Notes under the pieces: generated by a model
Told to the model about the DNA's origin: nothing
The model's database searches: none
The model's input: only the letters and a program-made list of their open reading frames with translations
Virus record (IMG/VR): IMGVR_UViG_3300019458_000024
Coordinates: 82,209-146,208 of that record
Source: a virus
Direction: 5' to 3' (one strand)
Length of the DNA stretch: 64,000 nt
Part shown: positions 62,517 to 64,000 of the stretch, one piece after another
Position numbering within the stretch: the first letter of the stretch is position 1
How the letters are laid out: the number at the start of each line of letters is the position of its first letter
Translations under genes and position numbers: made by a program

Positions 62517-64000
62517 ATGCCAAATACTCCTAAATCCATTACTTCATCCTTTAATGCAAAACTTAAACCTATCAAGGACATGTTTAAGTTGTATGAGGGT
62601 TTAGGGTCTAAAACCTGGAAAGAAACGCAAAAGCGGACAAAGTTAGAAAAACAACGATACAAAGAACAACAAAAAGAATTAAAAGATTCTCATAAACTAC
62701 GCCTAACTCAAATTAAAGAGGAAGTTAAGGCAGATACTGCTGCGCATAAAAATAAAGTAAAAGGATTCAAAGAGCAGGAAAATCTTCAAACTAAGCAAGA
62801 CAGATCTTCTAAAAGACAAAGACGAGAAGAGGCAGAGCACCTAGACGGAATAAATAGAAGATTGTCCAGAGGACCTCTTGGACGAGCCGGAAACTTCTTA
62901 GGACGTACTGCTGCTTTTGCCGGTGGTGGTCTTGCTGGCTTGGTTGTTGGTGCTGCATTGCGCGGTTACCAAAACTACACAGCATACCAACAAGCGCTTG
63001 GTCCTACTATAGGGTTGGGCGGCAGAGGTGGACGTGAAGCAGCGCGCGCCGGAAGAGGAAAGGGCGGAAATCTAGGTTTTAATATTATGGAACGTGCCCA
63101 ACTCATACCTGCCATGGCCAGATCTACTGGAGTTGTAAGTCCTCGGGCCATGATGCAAGGTATGCGTGCTACGGGTATGGAAGCCGGAGAAGTAGCCGAA
63201 ATTTTTGGAGCTATTAGACAGGGAGGCACTCAGTTTGCAGGCACTGCTGATGTTTTTGGAGGAAAAAAAGACAGAACTGTACAACTAAAAGGGCAAGGTT
63301 CCCGAGAATTTTCAAAAATGATTGCTGCTGGGATGTTCTCTGGTCTTGAAAAAGCGCGCCTTCCTGAGTTCATGTCAGGAATAGCACAATTGATGAAAGT
63401 ACAAGGTACGATGGCAGCGGGTACCGTCACCGGAGGAGATTTTGCAAAATTAGGAGCTGTTTTTGGAAGAACTGGATTAGAAGGTATGAAGGGCGCTCGC
63501 GGCATGGAATTAATGAGCAAACTTCAACAAGGAATTCTTGCTCCTGGTGGTGGCGAGAGTGGTATGGCCTTTATGAGACAGGCTATGGGTTTTGGTAAAC
63601 CAGGTGGCGGTGCGTCTTTTTATGAGGCAGAAAAACGACGAGAAAAAGGCTTATCTGGTGAAAACTTTGGAAGGGTGATGGGAGAATTGAAATCTCAATA
63701 TGGAGGAGGACAAGACGCAGCATTAAAAATGAGAGAACTTTTTGGCGTTTCACTGAAACAAGCAGAAACATTAATGAAAATTTATGATTCTGACAAAACT
63801 ATGGAAGAGAAAGAAAAAGAAGCGCAAAAAGTTATGGAAGAGTCCAAATCTTTAGAACAAAAATCTTATGAAGAAATGAAAAAAGCAGGGACCAATTTAA
63901 CTAAACAAGCAGCATTATTTGATGATTCTGTTAAAATTGGGTCTGAAACGAAAGGCTATATCGAAGGGATAGAAAAAGCGATAATGGATTTGACTAAGTT
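62517..64000 (+). CDS. tape measure protein, 5' part (runs off window; absent from ORF track)
   Basis: ATG 62517 abuts the upstream stop; the first ~150 codons translated by hand are open, and no stop appears in the track; Lys/Glu-rich then Gly/Ala-rich helical sequence. Confidence 0.85.
   Translation, partial: MPNTPKSITSSFNAKLKPIKDMFKLYEGLGSKTWKETQKRTKLEKQRYKEQQKELKDSHKLRLTQIKEEVKADTAAHKNKVKGFKEQENLQTKQDRSSKRQRREEAEHLDGINRRLSRGPLGRAGNFLGRTAAFAGGGLAGLVVGAALRGYQNYTAYQQALGPTIGLGGRGGREAARAGRGKGGNLGFNIMERAQLIPAMARSTGVVSPRAMMQGMRATGMEAGEVAEIFGAIRQGGTQFAGTADVFGGKKDRTVQLKGQGSREFSKMIAAGMFSGLEKARLPEFMSGIAQLMKVQGTMAAGTVTGGDFAKLGAVFGRTGLEGMKGARGMELMSKLQQGILAPGGGESGMAFMRQAMGFGKPGGGASFYEAEKRREKGLSGENFGRVMGELKSQYGGGQDAALKMRELFGVSLKQAETLMKIYDSDKTMEEKEKEAQKVMEESKSLEQKSYEEMKKAGTNLTKQAALFDDSVKIGSETKGYIEGIEKAIMDLTK

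Noticed and set aside
1-64000. Stop-codon reassignment suggested by the phage release factor
   Set aside because: Long conserved genes are intact in code 11, and TGA, TAG and TAA all terminate genes at tight junctions (e.g. 666, 9052, 45601).

Overview
A 64-kb, almost entirely + strand segment of a large contractile-tailed phage (myovirus), read with the standard genetic code. About 1-27.4 kb is a dense early/middle region of small genes. It carries auxiliary functions (Pth2, SspB-like adaptor, IMPDH/GMP reductase, Rnl2-like RNA ligase, Fic, oligoribonuclease, ThyX, family-4 UDG, primase, CobS/CobT-like AAA+/vWA pair, SNase) and nine copies of an invariant 13-bp motif, TGTAGAATGACCT, each just upstream of a gene start. 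A tenth copy lies on the - strand at 54 kb. About 27.5-64 kb is the virion module: portal, head-associated proteins, prohead protease, scaffold, SPO1/Twort-type major capsid protein, neck, sheath, tube, chaperones and the 5' part of the tape measure. The window has four inteins (RNA ligase, ThyX, portal, PPase-like head protein) and two free-standing HNH endonucleases. The most striking locus is a ~4.2-kb cassette inserted between neck genes. It encodes two tandem Y-RNA-like hairpin RNAs, a Ro60/TROVE protein and a domain-1-less RF1-type release factor whose ORF is split by a prfB-style +1 frameshift signal (GGAGG-3nt-CTT-TGA). All protein calls come from motif recognition by eye. No database search was run, so novelty is unverified.
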